Source: Candidatus Egerieisoma sp. (GTDB lineage: Bacteria > Bacillota > Clostridia > UBA1212 > UBA1255). From it: DNA of 64,000 nucleotides. Each line of letters opens with the position of its first letter. Position 1 is the first letter of the stretch. Made by a program: the position numbers and the translations under genes. The stretch spans positions 12,608-76,607 of the forward strand of contig JBGVNN010000024.1 of NCBI GenBank assembly GCA_045125595.1, given 5' to 3'. Below the pieces are notes generated by a model. That model made no database searches. It was not told the origin of the DNA and was given only the letters and a program-made list of their open reading frames with translations. This document shows positions 37,470 through 47,855 of this stretch, piece by piece.

Positions 37470-39018
37470 TATGAAAAATAATAAAAAAAAGAAATTAAAA
37501 TTTAAAATATCAGCCAAGCTCACACTTTGCTTTACGGCGGCGATTTTGCTTTTTGCTATTGTGATAAGTTCTGCGTTTACCGTGCTGTTTAACGATTATA
37601 CTGAGTCACTTTATCATGATAAAATGACGGAAACGGCACGCTCTGTTTCGGCTGCGGTGACAAGCGCGATTTATGACGGCAGAACAGGCGCTAAATGGGA
37701 AGCTTTTACAAACAATGAACCGCCTGAATTTCCGGGAAATAAAGGGCCGAGCGGGTCAGTTTATCTCGACGGACCACGCCTTATTCGTTTCGTTAAAGAA
37801 ATTACAGATGCAGATGTGTGGCTTATTGATTCAAAGTATACAATTCTTACTACATCACAAGACTCGCAAACAGAATACAGCTCGAGATTTGCTTTTAAAG
37901 ATTTGCCCATGGATTCAAAAGCATTTATTTATAAGGTTTGCGAAGGTAGAGGAAATGAAATATATGACGACCGCTTTTCAAAGACATTGGGCGATGAGTA
38001 TTTGACAATGGGAGTACCTTTGTATACACAAAAAGGTGAAGTGACGGGCGCCGTACTTTTGCATACGCCTAAAAGTGAATTGTCAGAAGCATTTGACAAC
38101 GGTATCTTTATATTGTTTATCAGTACAATATTAGCTTTTGCAATAGGCATATTAATTTCAATAATTATTTCAAGAACTATTGCAAAGCCGCTTAAAAAGA
38201 TAAATAAGACAGCATTGCAAATTTCCGAAGGAAACTATGCAGCGAAAACAGACGTAAAAGGTACAGACGAAATAGGTGAACTCGCCCAAACGATGGACGA
38301 AATGGGCGATAAGCTGCGTCAAGCAGAAATTGAAAGCGAAAAGCTTCAAAAAATGCGACAAGACTTTGTGGCAAATATTTCGCACGAATTGAGAACGCCC
38401 GTTACAGTAATCAGGGGCTCGCTTGAAGCGATTTGCGACAAAGTGGTGACTGAACCTGAAATGGTTGAAGAATACCACCGTCAGCTGTTGGGAGAAAGTA
38501 TTTATATGCAAAGATTGGTAAATGATTTGCTTGACCTTTCGAGACTTCAAAATCCTGATTTCAGCATAAATATTACGGAGTTTAATCTGTGTGATTGCAT
38601 TAGTGATGCGGTTAGAAGCGGCAGAAGAATTGCGGTAGATAAAAATATAAATATTGAATTTTCAAACGATGAGAATGTTTACATGATTAAAGGAGATTAT
38701 GACAGAATTCGCCAAATGCTTCTGATTATTATTGATAACGCCATTAAATTTACGGATAATCCTGAAAATGCCGTTGGCATTGAGTTGAAAGAAAATACGG
38801 TTAGCGTGACAAACATTGGTGTAGGTATCAATAAAGAAGATTTACCTATGGTTTTTGAAAGATTTTATAAATCGCGCTCTGAAAAAAATAAAAACGGTAC
38901 GGGGCTTGGTCTTGCCATAGCAAAGCAAATTGCGACAAGACACGATATTGATGTATCAGTCACCAGCGTGGAGGGTGGAGAGACAACATTTAGATTTGTA
39001 TTTCCGCCCAAAATGTGA
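37456..39018 (+). CDS. Sensor histidine kinase (TM segments, HAMP, HisKA, HATPase_c).
   Basis: H-box ISHELRTP. N and G boxes present (IIIDNAIKFT, GTGLGLAI). Overlaps the regulator gene. Confidence 0.9.
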   Translation: MPLNNMKNNKKKKLKFKISAKLTLCFTAAILLFAIVISSAFTVLFNDYTESLYHDKMTETARSVSAAVTSAIYDGRTGAKWEAFTNNEPPEFPGNKGPSGSVYLDGPRLIRFVKEITDADVWLIDSKYTILTTSQDSQTEYSSRFAFKDLPMDSKAFIYKVCEGRGNEIYDDRFSKTLGDEYLTMGVPLYTQKGEVTGAVLLHTPKSELSEAFDNGIFILFISTILAFAIGILISIIISRTIAKPLKKINKTALQISEGNYAAKTDVKGTDEIGELAQTMDEMGDKLRQAEIESEKLQKMRQDFVANISHELRTPVTVIRGSLEAICDKVVTEPEMVEEYHRQLLGESIYMQRLVNDLLDLSRLQNPDFSINITEFNLCDCISDAVRSGRRIAVDKNINIEFSNDENVYMIKGDYDRIRQMLLIIIDNAIKFTDNPENAVGIELKENTVSVTNIGVGINKEDLPMVFERFYKSRSEKNKNGTGLGLAIAKQIATRHDIDVSVTSVEGGETTFRFVFPPKM

Positions 39019-39044
39019 TATTGTAAATACTAATATTTCGCATT

Positions 39045-41123
39045 TTGAAATGGCGGTATTTTATGTTTGACAGACAATGGATTTTTAATATAAAACAGCA
39101 TAACGAGTATATTGATTCTTGCCAAAACAAAAGTAAAAAAATGACTTTTGTTGATGAAATTATGCATAAAAGAGGCATATTCGGTAAAACAGGAGGTGTT
39201 GAGACACTTTCTGACCCATACATATTGCCGGACATGGCAGGTGCTGTCGACAGAATTTTAAATGCAGTCGAAGAAGGCGAATTGATTGCTGTTTTCGGCG
39301 ATTATGATGCTGACGGTGTGACTGCAGCTGCTGTTTTGTGCCATTTTTTGCAAAAGGTAATGTCAGCAGAGGTTATTCCGTATATTCCCGACAGAATTTC
39401 AGAGGGTTACGGCATGTCAGCAGAGGCCATCGACAAACTTTCCGAAGAAGGAGTAACTCTTATAGTAACAGTGGATAACGGCATAGTAGCGTTCGAGCAA
39501 ATTGAGTACGCTATAAGCCTCGGCATGGATGTTGTTGTCACAGACCATCATAAATGTGCGGAACGTTTGCCGGAGTGCTCGGCTGTTGTGGATCCTTGTA
39601 TTTTAAAAGAAGATACACCTCTCAGCCAACTTTGCGGCGCAGGCGTGGCTTTTACGCTAATAAGGGCGCTTGCTGAAGAAATCGGAGCGAATGAAGAGAT
39701 AGCACGATATATTCCGATTGTTATGATAGGCACTTTGGGTGATGTTGTGCCGCTTGTGGGAGATAACAGGGTTATTGTAAAATACGGCTTGGAGCATATA
39801 CACGATTTTAATTGGGTAGGTCTTGAAAAGTTGCTTAATATCATAAACGAAGGTAAAACTTCCCAACCGAGTATATCTTCTATGTTTATATCTTTTCAGC
39901 TTGTGCCTAAATTGAATGCGGCAGGCAGGCTCGGAAATGCGATGCGTGCTTTTGAACTTCTTGTTTGTGATGATGACAGCGAAGCAGAACAGCTTGCCAG
40001 AGAGCTTATGAATGAAAATGCCAAAAGACAAGAAACTGAGGCGGAAATTGCAGAAAAAGCAATGCAAGAAGAAAATCTTAAAACGACCGATGCAGATGCG
40101 GTTGTAGTGGCTTTGGGAGAAGATTGGCATCATGGTGTTATAGGTATTGTGGCATCAAGGCTTACAGATAAATATAAAAAAACATCATTTGTTTTGACAG
40201 TAGACAATAATGATGAAGGCAGAAATGATGTGGCAAAAGGTTCTGCGAGGGCTGTTAAGGGATTTGATTTACATAAGGCGCTCACAGGGTGCGCTCATTT
40301 GCTTGAAAAATTCGGCGGACATGAAATGGCGGCAGGACTTACAATAAAGGTTGAGAATATACCGAAGTTTATTGAGTATATGAATGATTATGCAAGAGAT
40401 AATCTGGTATGTCATTTGCCCGCAAATATTGAAATAGACGCTGTGGTTATGCCTGAAGAAATAACATTAGAAGAAGTTGAACGTCTTTCTGATTTAGAGC
40501 CGCACGGCACGGGAAATCCGGCACCGATGCTATGTGTGAGAAATTTGCAACCGATAAGATGTGCTAAAGTGGGAGAAAGCGGTAAACATTTGAAAATGAC
40601 TTTTTGTACCGAAGATGCAACCGGCAGGAGATTGACTTTTGAAGGTATTGCTTTTTCGCAAGGTACATATGAAGATATGATAAAAAGTATCGGTAAAAAG
40701 TGTAGTGTTGTATGCAAGGCAGAGATAAATGTTTGGCAAGGAAGAAAAAGTATTTCTTTGCTGATTTCTGATATACATGATGCTGATTATAATATTGATA
40801 ACAATATAAAATGTGTGTATAATAGCGATTACATTACGGACAGAGGATTTTTACTTGATAGAAATACTTTGGCCGCCATGTATAAGCATTTTATTTCATA
40901 CGGAGAGTCTTTTAAGTTTAACGATTTATATCGTATCAGAGAAAGCATGAGACGCATGGGTATACTCTGTACTTGGTATGAGATACGTTGCGGTTTAGAT
41001 GTTTTTATTGAACTTGGTTTGATAAAAAGAAAAGATAAGCAAACTTTCTTTATTGTAAAAAATGCAGAGAAAGTTAATTTGTCACAATCTTGTATTTATA
41101 ACATGGCGCAAGCGGAGGTGTAA
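39045..41123 (+). CDS. recJ: Single-stranded-DNA-specific exonuclease RecJ.
   Basis: DHH motifs (AVFGDYDADGVT, VVTDHH) and a DHHA1 C-terminal region. Start is TTG 39045 or ATG 39063. Confidence 0.85.
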   Translation: MKWRYFMFDRQWIFNIKQHNEYIDSCQNKSKKMTFVDEIMHKRGIFGKTGGVETLSDPYILPDMAGAVDRILNAVEEGELIAVFGDYDADGVTAAAVLCHFLQKVMSAEVIPYIPDRISEGYGMSAEAIDKLSEEGVTLIVTVDNGIVAFEQIEYAISLGMDVVVTDHHKCAERLPECSAVVDPCILKEDTPLSQLCGAGVAFTLIRALAEEIGANEEIARYIPIVMIGTLGDVVPLVGDNRVIVKYGLEHIHDFNWVGLEKLLNIINEGKTSQPSISSMFISFQLVPKLNAAGRLGNAMRAFELLVCDDDSEAEQLARELMNENAKRQETEAEIAEKAMQEENLKTTDADAVVVALGEDWHHGVIGIVASRLTDKYKKTSFVLTVDNNDEGRNDVAKGSARAVKGFDLHKALTGCAHLLEKFGGHEMAAGLTIKVENIPKFIEYMNDYARDNLVCHLPANIEIDAVVMPEEITLEEVERLSDLEPHGTGNPAPMLCVRNLQPIRCAKVGESGKHLKMTFCTEDATGRRLTFEGIAFSQGTYEDMIKSIGKKCSVVCKAEINVWQGRKSISLLISDIHDADYNIDNNIKCVYNSDYITDRGFLLDRNTLAAMYKHFISYGESFKFNDLYRIRESMRRMGILCTWYEIRCGLDVFIELGLIKRKDKQTFFIVKNAEKVNLSQSCIYNMAQAEV

Positions 41124-41128
41124 TCGTT

Positions 41129-43336
41129 ATGGAATATGTGGCCCAATTTGAAGAATTAAGAAAATATTTGTATGAAAAGCATCCGGGCGCAGATCTTTCT
41201 GTTCTTGAGAAGGCATTCAAACTTGCAGATGAAAAGCATGTTGCGCAAAAGAGAAAATCAGGAGAGCCGTTTATTATACATCCGGTTGCTGTTGCTACAA
41301 TGCTTGCCGAAATGGATATGGATATGCCGTCGATTGTTGCCGGTATGCTTCATGATGTAATAGAAGATACATCTGTTACAACTGAGGAAATGCGAGAAAT
41401 TTTCGGAGAGGAGATAACTTATCTCGTTGACGGAGTAACAAAGCTCAAAAGAATACCGACATCAACCAAAGAAGAACTGCAAGCAGAAAACTTGCGTAAA
41501 ATGTTCTTGTCCATGGCATCTGATATACGAGTTATCGTAATCAAATTGGTAGACAGATTGCACAATATGAGAACGCTTCAGTATATGAATACAGATTCTC
41601 AAATCACAAAAGCAAGAGAAACATTGGAAATATATACTCCTTTGGCTCACCGCCTTGGTATGACAAAGATTAAATGGGAGCTTGAGGACTTGTGCTTTAA
41701 GTACTTAGAACCTGAGTATTATAATAACTTAGTGGCACAAATTACACAAAGAAGAGATCAACAAGAAGCATATATAAAGAAAGTTCTTGATGCGATTCGC
41801 ACAAGACTTGACGATGCACAGATTAAGGCTTTCCTTGACGGCAGACCGAAGCATTTTTACAGTATTCACAAAAAAATGATAGCTCAAAACAAATCGCTTA
41901 GCCAAATTTATGACTTATTGGCTATAAGAGTTATTGTTGACACTGTGCAAGAATGCTACACGGTACTTGGTATAATACATGAAATGTATACTCCTATGCC
42001 GGGCAGATTTAAAGATTATATTGCTATGCCAAAGCCGAATATGTATCAGTCTTTGCACACTACGCTCATAGGTCCTGACGGACAGCCGTTTGAGGCGCAG
42101 ATTCGTACTTGGGAAATGCACAAGACGGCGGAAATTGGTATCGCGGCTCATTGGAAGTATAAAGAAAAAGGAAACAGCAAAAGCTCGCAAGATAAAAATT
42201 CGGAATATGAAGGCAAGCTTGAGTGGGTGCGTAATCTTCTTGATAACCAAAAAGAAATCGAGGACCCCGATGAATTTGCGCAGACATTTAAAATGGACCT
42301 CTTTACAGACGAGGTATTTGTGTTTACGCCAAAAGGCGATGTTAAATGTTTACCTAAGGGCTCAACTCCTATTGACTTTGCGTATGCAATTCACAGTGCG
42401 GTAGGCAACAAAATGATTGGAGCAAGGGTAAACGGCGAGATTAAGCCGCTTAACCACAAGCTTCGCACAGGTGATTTTGTTGAAATTATCACATCACAAT
42501 CACAAAATCATGGTCCAAGCAGAGATTGGCTCAATGTAGTAAAAAGCTCAGAAGCCAAAAGTAAAATTCGTCAATGGTTTAAAAAAGAGTGTCGTGACGA
42601 AAATATAGAGCGCGGTCGAGAGATTATTGACAGAGAGCTTAAAAAGCAAGGATATAAATATGAACAACTCATCAAAAATGAGTGGTTAGAACCTATTTTG
42701 AGAAAATACAGATTCTCTTCTTATGAAGATTTGCTTAATGTTATAGGTTTTGGCGAGATAAGCGCTCAAAAGATTATAAACATTCTCAAAGAAGAATATA
42801 ATAAATCCGTAAGCGGCAGCAAAGAAGAAGAGCTCCTTGCTAAATTAGAGAATAATAAGAATAAAAAAGAAAAACAAAAGCAGACATCAGACCACGGTAT
42901 TATTGTTAAAGGCATTGATAACTGTCTTGTGAGACTCTCAAGATGTTGTAATCCGGTACCGGGAGACTCAATTGTAGGATATGTTACGAGAGGGCGAGGC
43001 GTTTCCGTACACAGAACGGACTGCCCTAATATTGTAGCAATGAATGAAATCGAAAACAGAGTAATTGATGTTCGCTGGGCAGAAAAGAGCAAAAGCACAT
43101 ATATTGTTGATATTTCCATACAAGCTGTGGACAACAGCTCGTTGCTCCTTCAAATTGCAAAGCTTATTGCAGATATGAAGCTCCCAATGAAGGCAATAAA
43201 TGCCAGAACTACCAGAGATAACTATGAGCTCATCGACCTTACAATAGAGATTACTGACAGAAGCGAATTGGATAAACTCATCAAGAAGATTAACTCTCTT
43301 GAGAATGTATTTGATGTAAGCAGAACGGTAAAATAA
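41129..43336 (+). CDS. relA: Bifunctional (p)ppGpp synthetase/hydrolase.
   Basis: HD domain (HDVIEDT), a RelA_SpoT synthetase region, then TGS and ACT domains. 735 aa. Confidence 0.9.
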   Translation: MEYVAQFEELRKYLYEKHPGADLSVLEKAFKLADEKHVAQKRKSGEPFIIHPVAVATMLAEMDMDMPSIVAGMLHDVIEDTSVTTEEMREIFGEEITYLVDGVTKLKRIPTSTKEELQAENLRKMFLSMASDIRVIVIKLVDRLHNMRTLQYMNTDSQITKARETLEIYTPLAHRLGMTKIKWELEDLCFKYLEPEYYNNLVAQITQRRDQQEAYIKKVLDAIRTRLDDAQIKAFLDGRPKHFYSIHKKMIAQNKSLSQIYDLLAIRVIVDTVQECYTVLGIIHEMYTPMPGRFKDYIAMPKPNMYQSLHTTLIGPDGQPFEAQIRTWEMHKTAEIGIAAHWKYKEKGNSKSSQDKNSEYEGKLEWVRNLLDNQKEIEDPDEFAQTFKMDLFTDEVFVFTPKGDVKCLPKGSTPIDFAYAIHSAVGNKMIGARVNGEIKPLNHKLRTGDFVEIITSQSQNHGPSRDWLNVVKSSEAKSKIRQWFKKECRDENIERGREIIDRELKKQGYKYEQLIKNEWLEPILRKYRFSSYEDLLNVIGFGEISAQKIINILKEEYNKSVSGSKEEELLAKLENNKNKKEKQKQTSDHGIIVKGIDNCLVRLSRCCNPVPGDSIVGYVTRGRGVSVHRTDCPNIVAMNEIENRVIDVRWAEKSKSTYIVDISIQAVDNSSLLLQIAKLIADMKLPMKAINARTTRDNYELIDLTIEITDRSELDKLIKKINSLENVFDVSRTVK

Positions 43337-43363
43337 GCGTTTTTATAGATTTAAGGTGTTTTT

Positions 43364-43990
43364 ATGATAAAATTCAAACGATTTACACAAGGCTTGTTAG
43401 GCTCAAACACATATGTAGTGTGGGATGATGCCACGCTTGAGGCGGCAGTAATTGATGCAGGCAATGACACGGCGCTTATAAAGAGCGTTACGGACACAGA
43501 GAAATTAAAATTGAAATATATTATTCTCACACACGCACATTATGACCATATACATTTTTTGCCTGAATATAAAGAAACTTTCCAATCAGCAAAAGTCGTA
43601 ATTCATGAGCTTGATGATGAAATGTTGCCGAATCCTCGCCTAAATGCCTCTGTTCTTTTTGGTCCCGCCCATGTTTATGACAGAGCAGATATTGCCGTAA
43701 AAGACGAAGACGTGCTTAATCTCGGCAATGAAACCTTGAAAATTGTCCACACACCGGGTCATACACCGGGAGGTATATGCATACTCGCAGGCGATATGCT
43801 CTTTTCGGGTGATACGCTATTTTATGCAGGCTTTGGCAGAACAGATTTAGGTGCGGGCGATGTCAAATTGATGGCATCATCAATAGAAAAGTTGTATTCT
43901 CTTGACGGAAATATTACTGTCTACCCCGGCCACGGCACAAAAACAACAATTGCAAAAGAAAGAGATACTAATCCTTATCTTTATTTTTAA
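43364..43990 (+). CDS. MBL-fold metallo-hydrolase.
   Basis: THAHYDH and HTPGHTPG motifs. Confidence 0.75.
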   Translation: MIKFKRFTQGLLGSNTYVVWDDATLEAAVIDAGNDTALIKSVTDTEKLKLKYIILTHAHYDHIHFLPEYKETFQSAKVVIHELDDEMLPNPRLNASVLFGPAHVYDRADIAVKDEDVLNLGNETLKIVHTPGHTPGGICILAGDMLFSGDTLFYAGFGRTDLGAGDVKLMASSIEKLYSLDGNITVYPGHGTKTTIAKERDTNPYLYF

Positions 43991-43995
43991 AATAT

Positions 43996-45453
43996 TTGAT
44001 TATCAAAGTGAGTGCTATGTCAGACACAAATAATTTTTCAGAGAATAAAATTTATATGGGCTTTCCAAACGATTTGCCGCCCCATTACGCATATGAGGCA
44101 GTGCAGATTTTTAATGACTGTGGCGCTTTTCCGGAGTTTGTGCCGTTTTCCGCTACGGAAAGTGGAGCACATAGCGGCATTTGGCTGCAAAAAGGTGAAA
44201 AGAGATATGACATTCCGTATTTTGGTGAAAAAGACGAGAAGCTTGAGCATAAGTTGCAAAAACGCGAGATGTACAAAATTATGCAGAATTTTACAGGCTA
44301 CAGTTCGCCGTGGGGATGCATGACAGGTGTGCGTCCTGCCAAAATTGTAAATGGTTTGTTTGCCGCCGGTATGTCGTATGACGAAGCCGTTGCGGAGCTT
44401 GAAAATTTTTATATGGTACAGCACGAAAAAGCCGTGCTTGCCGCGACTACTGCGTGTAATCAAGATGTTTTTTTGAAAAATCAAGAGGAAAATCCGCAAA
44501 ATATAGCAATTTATGTGGGAATACCTTTTTGTCCCACAAGATGTTTGTATTGCTCTTTTACATCACATCCTATAAGTAAATATGTTAAAATTGTTGACCA
44601 ATATTTGGAGCTTTTGGAAGAAGAACTGCGCACCGTAGTACCACTTTTGGTAGAAAAAGGATATAAAATTGAGACGTTTTATATAGGTGGAGGCACACCG
44701 ACATCACTTTCTGAGACTGCCTTTGAGAAATTTATGGGATTTGTTACAGATGTTGTAAATCCTGCAGAATTAAAGGAATTTTCACTTGAAGCCGGCAGAC
44801 CTGACAGCATTACGCCCAAGAAACTTGAAATTGCAAAGAGAATGGGAGTTACAAGAATAAGTGTTAATCCTCAAACAATGAACAATGCGACATTAGAACT
44901 TATCGGCCGCCGTCATACTGCGGAGGATATTGAAAGGGCGTATGCTATGGCTCGTGACGCCGGGTTTGATAATATAAATATGGATATTATTGCAGGACTT
45001 CCCGGAGAGGAAATAAGCCATTTTGAATATACTTTAGATAAAATTTCCCAAATGAAGCCTGACGGTCTAACAGTTCACACTTTGAGCGTTAAACGTGCGG
45101 CGGACTTAAAACAAGATGCTAAAGCAGAAATGTTAAGACATGACATTACAGGAAAAATGCTTTTGGAATCGCAAAAAACAGCCGCTGAAATGGGAATGCA
45201 TCCTTTTTATATGTACAGGCAAAAAAATATGCTTGGAAATCACGAAAATGTTTCATATTGCCGCCCCGGTTGTGAGAGTCCGTACAACATACATATAATG
45301 GAAGAAGATCAAAGCATTTTTGCTTTTGGTGCCGGCGGCGTTACCAAGATATGCCAAAATAGGGAAATAGTTCGCTCGTTTAATGTAAAAAGTGTAGAAG
45401 ATTACATGAGACGATCAAAAGAAATGGCAGAACGCAAATTAAATCTTATTTGA
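43996..45453 (+). CDS. HemN/HemZ-family radical SAM protein (oxygen-independent coproporphyrinogen-oxidase-like).
   Basis: GIPFCPTRCLYCSF CxxxCxxC motif. Start is at 43996 or ATG 44017. Confidence 0.7.
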   Translation: MIIKVSAMSDTNNFSENKIYMGFPNDLPPHYAYEAVQIFNDCGAFPEFVPFSATESGAHSGIWLQKGEKRYDIPYFGEKDEKLEHKLQKREMYKIMQNFTGYSSPWGCMTGVRPAKIVNGLFAAGMSYDEAVAELENFYMVQHEKAVLAATTACNQDVFLKNQEENPQNIAIYVGIPFCPTRCLYCSFTSHPISKYVKIVDQYLELLEEELRTVVPLLVEKGYKIETFYIGGGTPTSLSETAFEKFMGFVTDVVNPAELKEFSLEAGRPDSITPKKLEIAKRMGVTRISVNPQTMNNATLELIGRRHTAEDIERAYAMARDAGFDNINMDIIAGLPGEEISHFEYTLDKISQMKPDGLTVHTLSVKRAADLKQDAKAEMLRHDITGKMLLESQKTAAEMGMHPFYMYRQKNMLGNHENVSYCRPGCESPYNIHIMEEDQSIFAFGAGGVTKICQNREIVRSFNVKSVEDYMRRSKEMAERKLNLI

Positions 45454-46518
45454 ATCAGAAAATATACCGCTCACAAGCTCGCATGCTTCATCAAGTGTGC
45501 GAGCTTTAAATATGCGATCGCGCATTGCCGCTGCACCTTTGACACCTTTAGTGTACCAAGCAAGGTGCTTGCGCATTTCCGTAATGCCGTGCTGCTCGCC
45601 TTTGAAACGAACAGCATATTCAATGTGGGAATTTATTGTATTAATTATATCCTCAGTGGTAGGAGAGTAAGGATTTTCCGCAGGAGTAAGAAGTTGTCTG
45701 AAAAACCACGGTCTGCCAAGAGCGCCACGACCAATCATAATGCCGTCGCAACCGGTAGTTTTAAACATTTTAAGAGCAGACTCTGCGGAAATTATATCGC
45801 CGTTGCCTATCACAGGAATTTTAAGAGCTGCTTTTACCCTTGCGATGGCCTCTGTATCGCAAACACCCGAATAATATTCATCACGAAACCTACCGTGCAC
45901 CGTAACAGCAGCTGCCCCGCCTGACTCAGCGGCCAAGGCAGCCTCTACGCAGAGTTCGCGGCCTATTTCGTAGCCTTTTCTGATTTTGACGGTGACAGGT
46001 AAACCGCACGCTTCTGATACAGCACTGACAATTTTTTCTATAAGAGGGGGATTTTTTAAAAGCGCACTTCCTTCGCCGTTTGATGTGACTTTTTGCATAG
46101 GACAGCCCATATTAATGTCTATTGCTTTTACTCCTCTGTCACGGAAAGTCTGTGCGCACTCTGCCATTATTTCAGGCTCAGAACCGAAAATTTGTACGCT
46201 TAAAGGTGCTTCTTTTGGGTCTGAATCTGCAAGGGCAATGCTGTTGTTGCCTTTGTAATGAACGCCTTTGGCGCTGATCATTTCTGAAAAAACGAGACCG
46301 GGAGAATAGGGTGAACAAGGAGAAGCTTTGCACATAATACGAAACGGCAAGTCTGTTACACCTGCAAGAGGTGCAAGCCAAACATTATTATCTACCGTAA
46401 GACTTGTTTCCTTGCCTTGAAGAGTAATTGGATGCACATGTTGCTGAAATTCTTTGAGAATCAACGGATTCTCTGAATTTGTATGATTTTTTATTTCTCC
46501 GCTTCTTTCAAAATTCAT
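45439..46518 (-). CDS. dusB: tRNA-dihydrouridine synthase (DusB-like).
   Basis: LAPLAGVTDLPFR, DINMGCP and HGR motifs. The true start is MNFERSG at 46518. The ORF-track extension to 46815 is an artefact of the tandem repeat. Confidence 0.8.
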   Translation of the reverse strand: MNFERSGEIKNHTNSENPLILKEFQQHVHPITLQGKETSLTVDNNVWLAPLAGVTDLPFRIMCKASPCSPYSPGLVFSEMISAKGVHYKGNNSIALADSDPKEAPLSVQIFGSEPEIMAECAQTFRDRGVKAIDINMGCPMQKVTSNGEGSALLKNPPLIEKIVSAVSEACGLPVTVKIRKGYEIGRELCVEAALAAESGGAAAVTVHGRFRDEYYSGVCDTEAIARVKAALKIPVIGNGDIISAESALKMFKTTGCDGIMIGRGALGRPWFFRQLLTPAENPYSPTTEDIINTINSHIEYAVRFKGEQHGITEMRKHLAWYTKGVKGAAAMRDRIFKARTLDEACELVSGIFSDSNKI

Positions 46519-46542
46519 TATAAACCCTCTCGTAAAGTAATG

Positions 46543-46850
46543 CGTTTGTCCCCAAAATCGCCGATTTTTCGTACAAACTGTCGACGCACGGAAACGTTTG
46601 TCCCCAAAATCGTTGATTTTTCGTACAAACTGTCGACGCACGGAAACGTTTGTCCCTAAAATCGTTGATTTTTCGTACAAACTGTCGACGCACGGCTGCG
46701 TTTGTCCCCAAAACCGCTGATTTTTCGTACAAAGTGTCGACGTATGGCTGCGTTTGTCCCCAAAACCGCCGATTTTTCGTACAAACTTTCGACGCACGGA
46801 AACGTTCGTCCCCAAAACCGTTGGTTTTTCGTACGAACTCGGAATGTGTT
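46543..46850 (+). repeat. Tandem array of a 52-bp unit, ~5.8 copies (GTTTGTCCCCAAAATCGTTGATTTTTCGTACAAACTGTCGACGCACGGAAAC).
   Basis: Periodicity is visible directly in the sequence. Units are near-identical with no interspersed unique spacers, and each can fold as a hairpin (GTTTGT...ACAAAC). Confidence 0.85.
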
Positions 46851-46925
46851 CTAAAATAAAAAGTCTCGCAATTTCTCACGAAACTACGAGACAGTTTAAT
46901 CAATTAATCTGACAAAGTCAATCAA

Positions 46926-47747
46926 TTAATTTTCTTTTTTCTTAGCTACTACTGTGCAAGCTGAAAGAGCTGAGAAAGCAAGAACTGCAAGGCTGATTAC
47001 GTCGCCTGAAGGGGGGTTCTGCTCATTATCGTCACCTGCATCATCGTTGCCTGCATCATCGTTACCTGCATCATCGCTTGAACCTTCAACGAAAGAGTAA
47101 CCACCGGGAATAGTTTCCATTTTGAAACCTTCGCCTGCAACGAAAGCTGTGTCAGTTGTAGTGTAAGTTGTGTTGTCGCTGCCGATGGTGAGTTCGCCGT
47201 TAACGATAGCACCGTTTACAGTAATGAAGCTGTCGTTGTTAACTTTCATACCGTTAGGTGCAGAATAATCGCCGCCGTTAACTGTCATTGTGCCACCTTT
47301 GTTTTGGATAGCTGAGCTGAGAGCAGAAATTGTGCAGTTGTTGATAACAATCTCGCCGCCTTTAGCGAAGATACCGTCGCAACCACCTGCGTTACCTGCG
47401 ATTGTTATCTCAGTAGTTGTGAGCTTACCGCTTTCAATAATGATAACGTCGTTGTCATCTGATGTCATGAGACCGTATTTGTTTGAGTCTGAATCAGTAA
47501 TAGTAACGTCAGCACCTTGGATTTTAAGAGTGCCTTTCCACTCATAACCAGCAAGGTCAATTTTGTATGTACCTTCTGAAAGAACAACCTCGCCTGTGAT
47601 ATCGTCAGCGAGTGTGTAATCGCCTGCAGCACCGAAATCTTCTGCAGCTGAAACCTCTGTTGCTGCAAAAGCTGTCATTGTGCCTAAAAGCATCATTGAT
47701 GCAACTATAGTAGCAATCAAAGCAATTCTGAAAAATGATTTTTTCAT
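46926..47747 (-). CDS. Secreted beta-helix-like protein with a C-terminal acidic stretch, a hydrophobic helix and a basic tail.
   Basis: Signal peptide MKKSFFRIALIATIVASMMLLGTMTAFA. G/N/T-rich repeats. C-terminus GNDDAGNDDAGDDNEQNPPSGDVISLAVLAFSALSACTVVAKKKEN. Confidence 0.6.
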   Translation of the reverse strand: MKKSFFRIALIATIVASMMLLGTMTAFAATEVSAAEDFGAAGDYTLADDITGEVVLSEGTYKIDLAGYEWKGTLKIQGADVTITDSDSNKYGLMTSDDNDVIIIESGKLTTTEITIAGNAGGCDGIFAKGGEIVINNCTISALSSAIQNKGGTMTVNGGDYSAPNGMKVNNDSFITVNGAIVNGELTIGSDNTTYTTTDTAFVAGEGFKMETIPGGYSFVEGSSDDAGNDDAGNDDAGDDNEQNPPSGDVISLAVLAFSALSACTVVAKKKEN

Positions 47748-47855
47748 GTGAATAACCTCCTATAATAAAGTATATTTAGGTAAGTTTATCATATGAAGCC
47801 GATTTGTCAATAAAAAATTTGACGAAAAAAGTCGAAACGAGACGAACGAAAGTTC

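Noticed and set aside
45439-46815. A 458-aa minus-strand ORF with the internally repeated peptide FVRKINDFGDKRFRASTVCTKNRRFWGQT fused to DusB.
   Set aside because: The repeats are the translated 52-bp DNA tandem array. dusB has its own start (MNFERSG) at 46518, and the extension has no RBS logic.
46543-46850. Possible CRISPR array.
   Set aside because: The units are contiguous, near-identical 52-mers with no unique spacers between them. This is a tandem repeat, not a repeat-spacer structure, and no cas genes are nearby.
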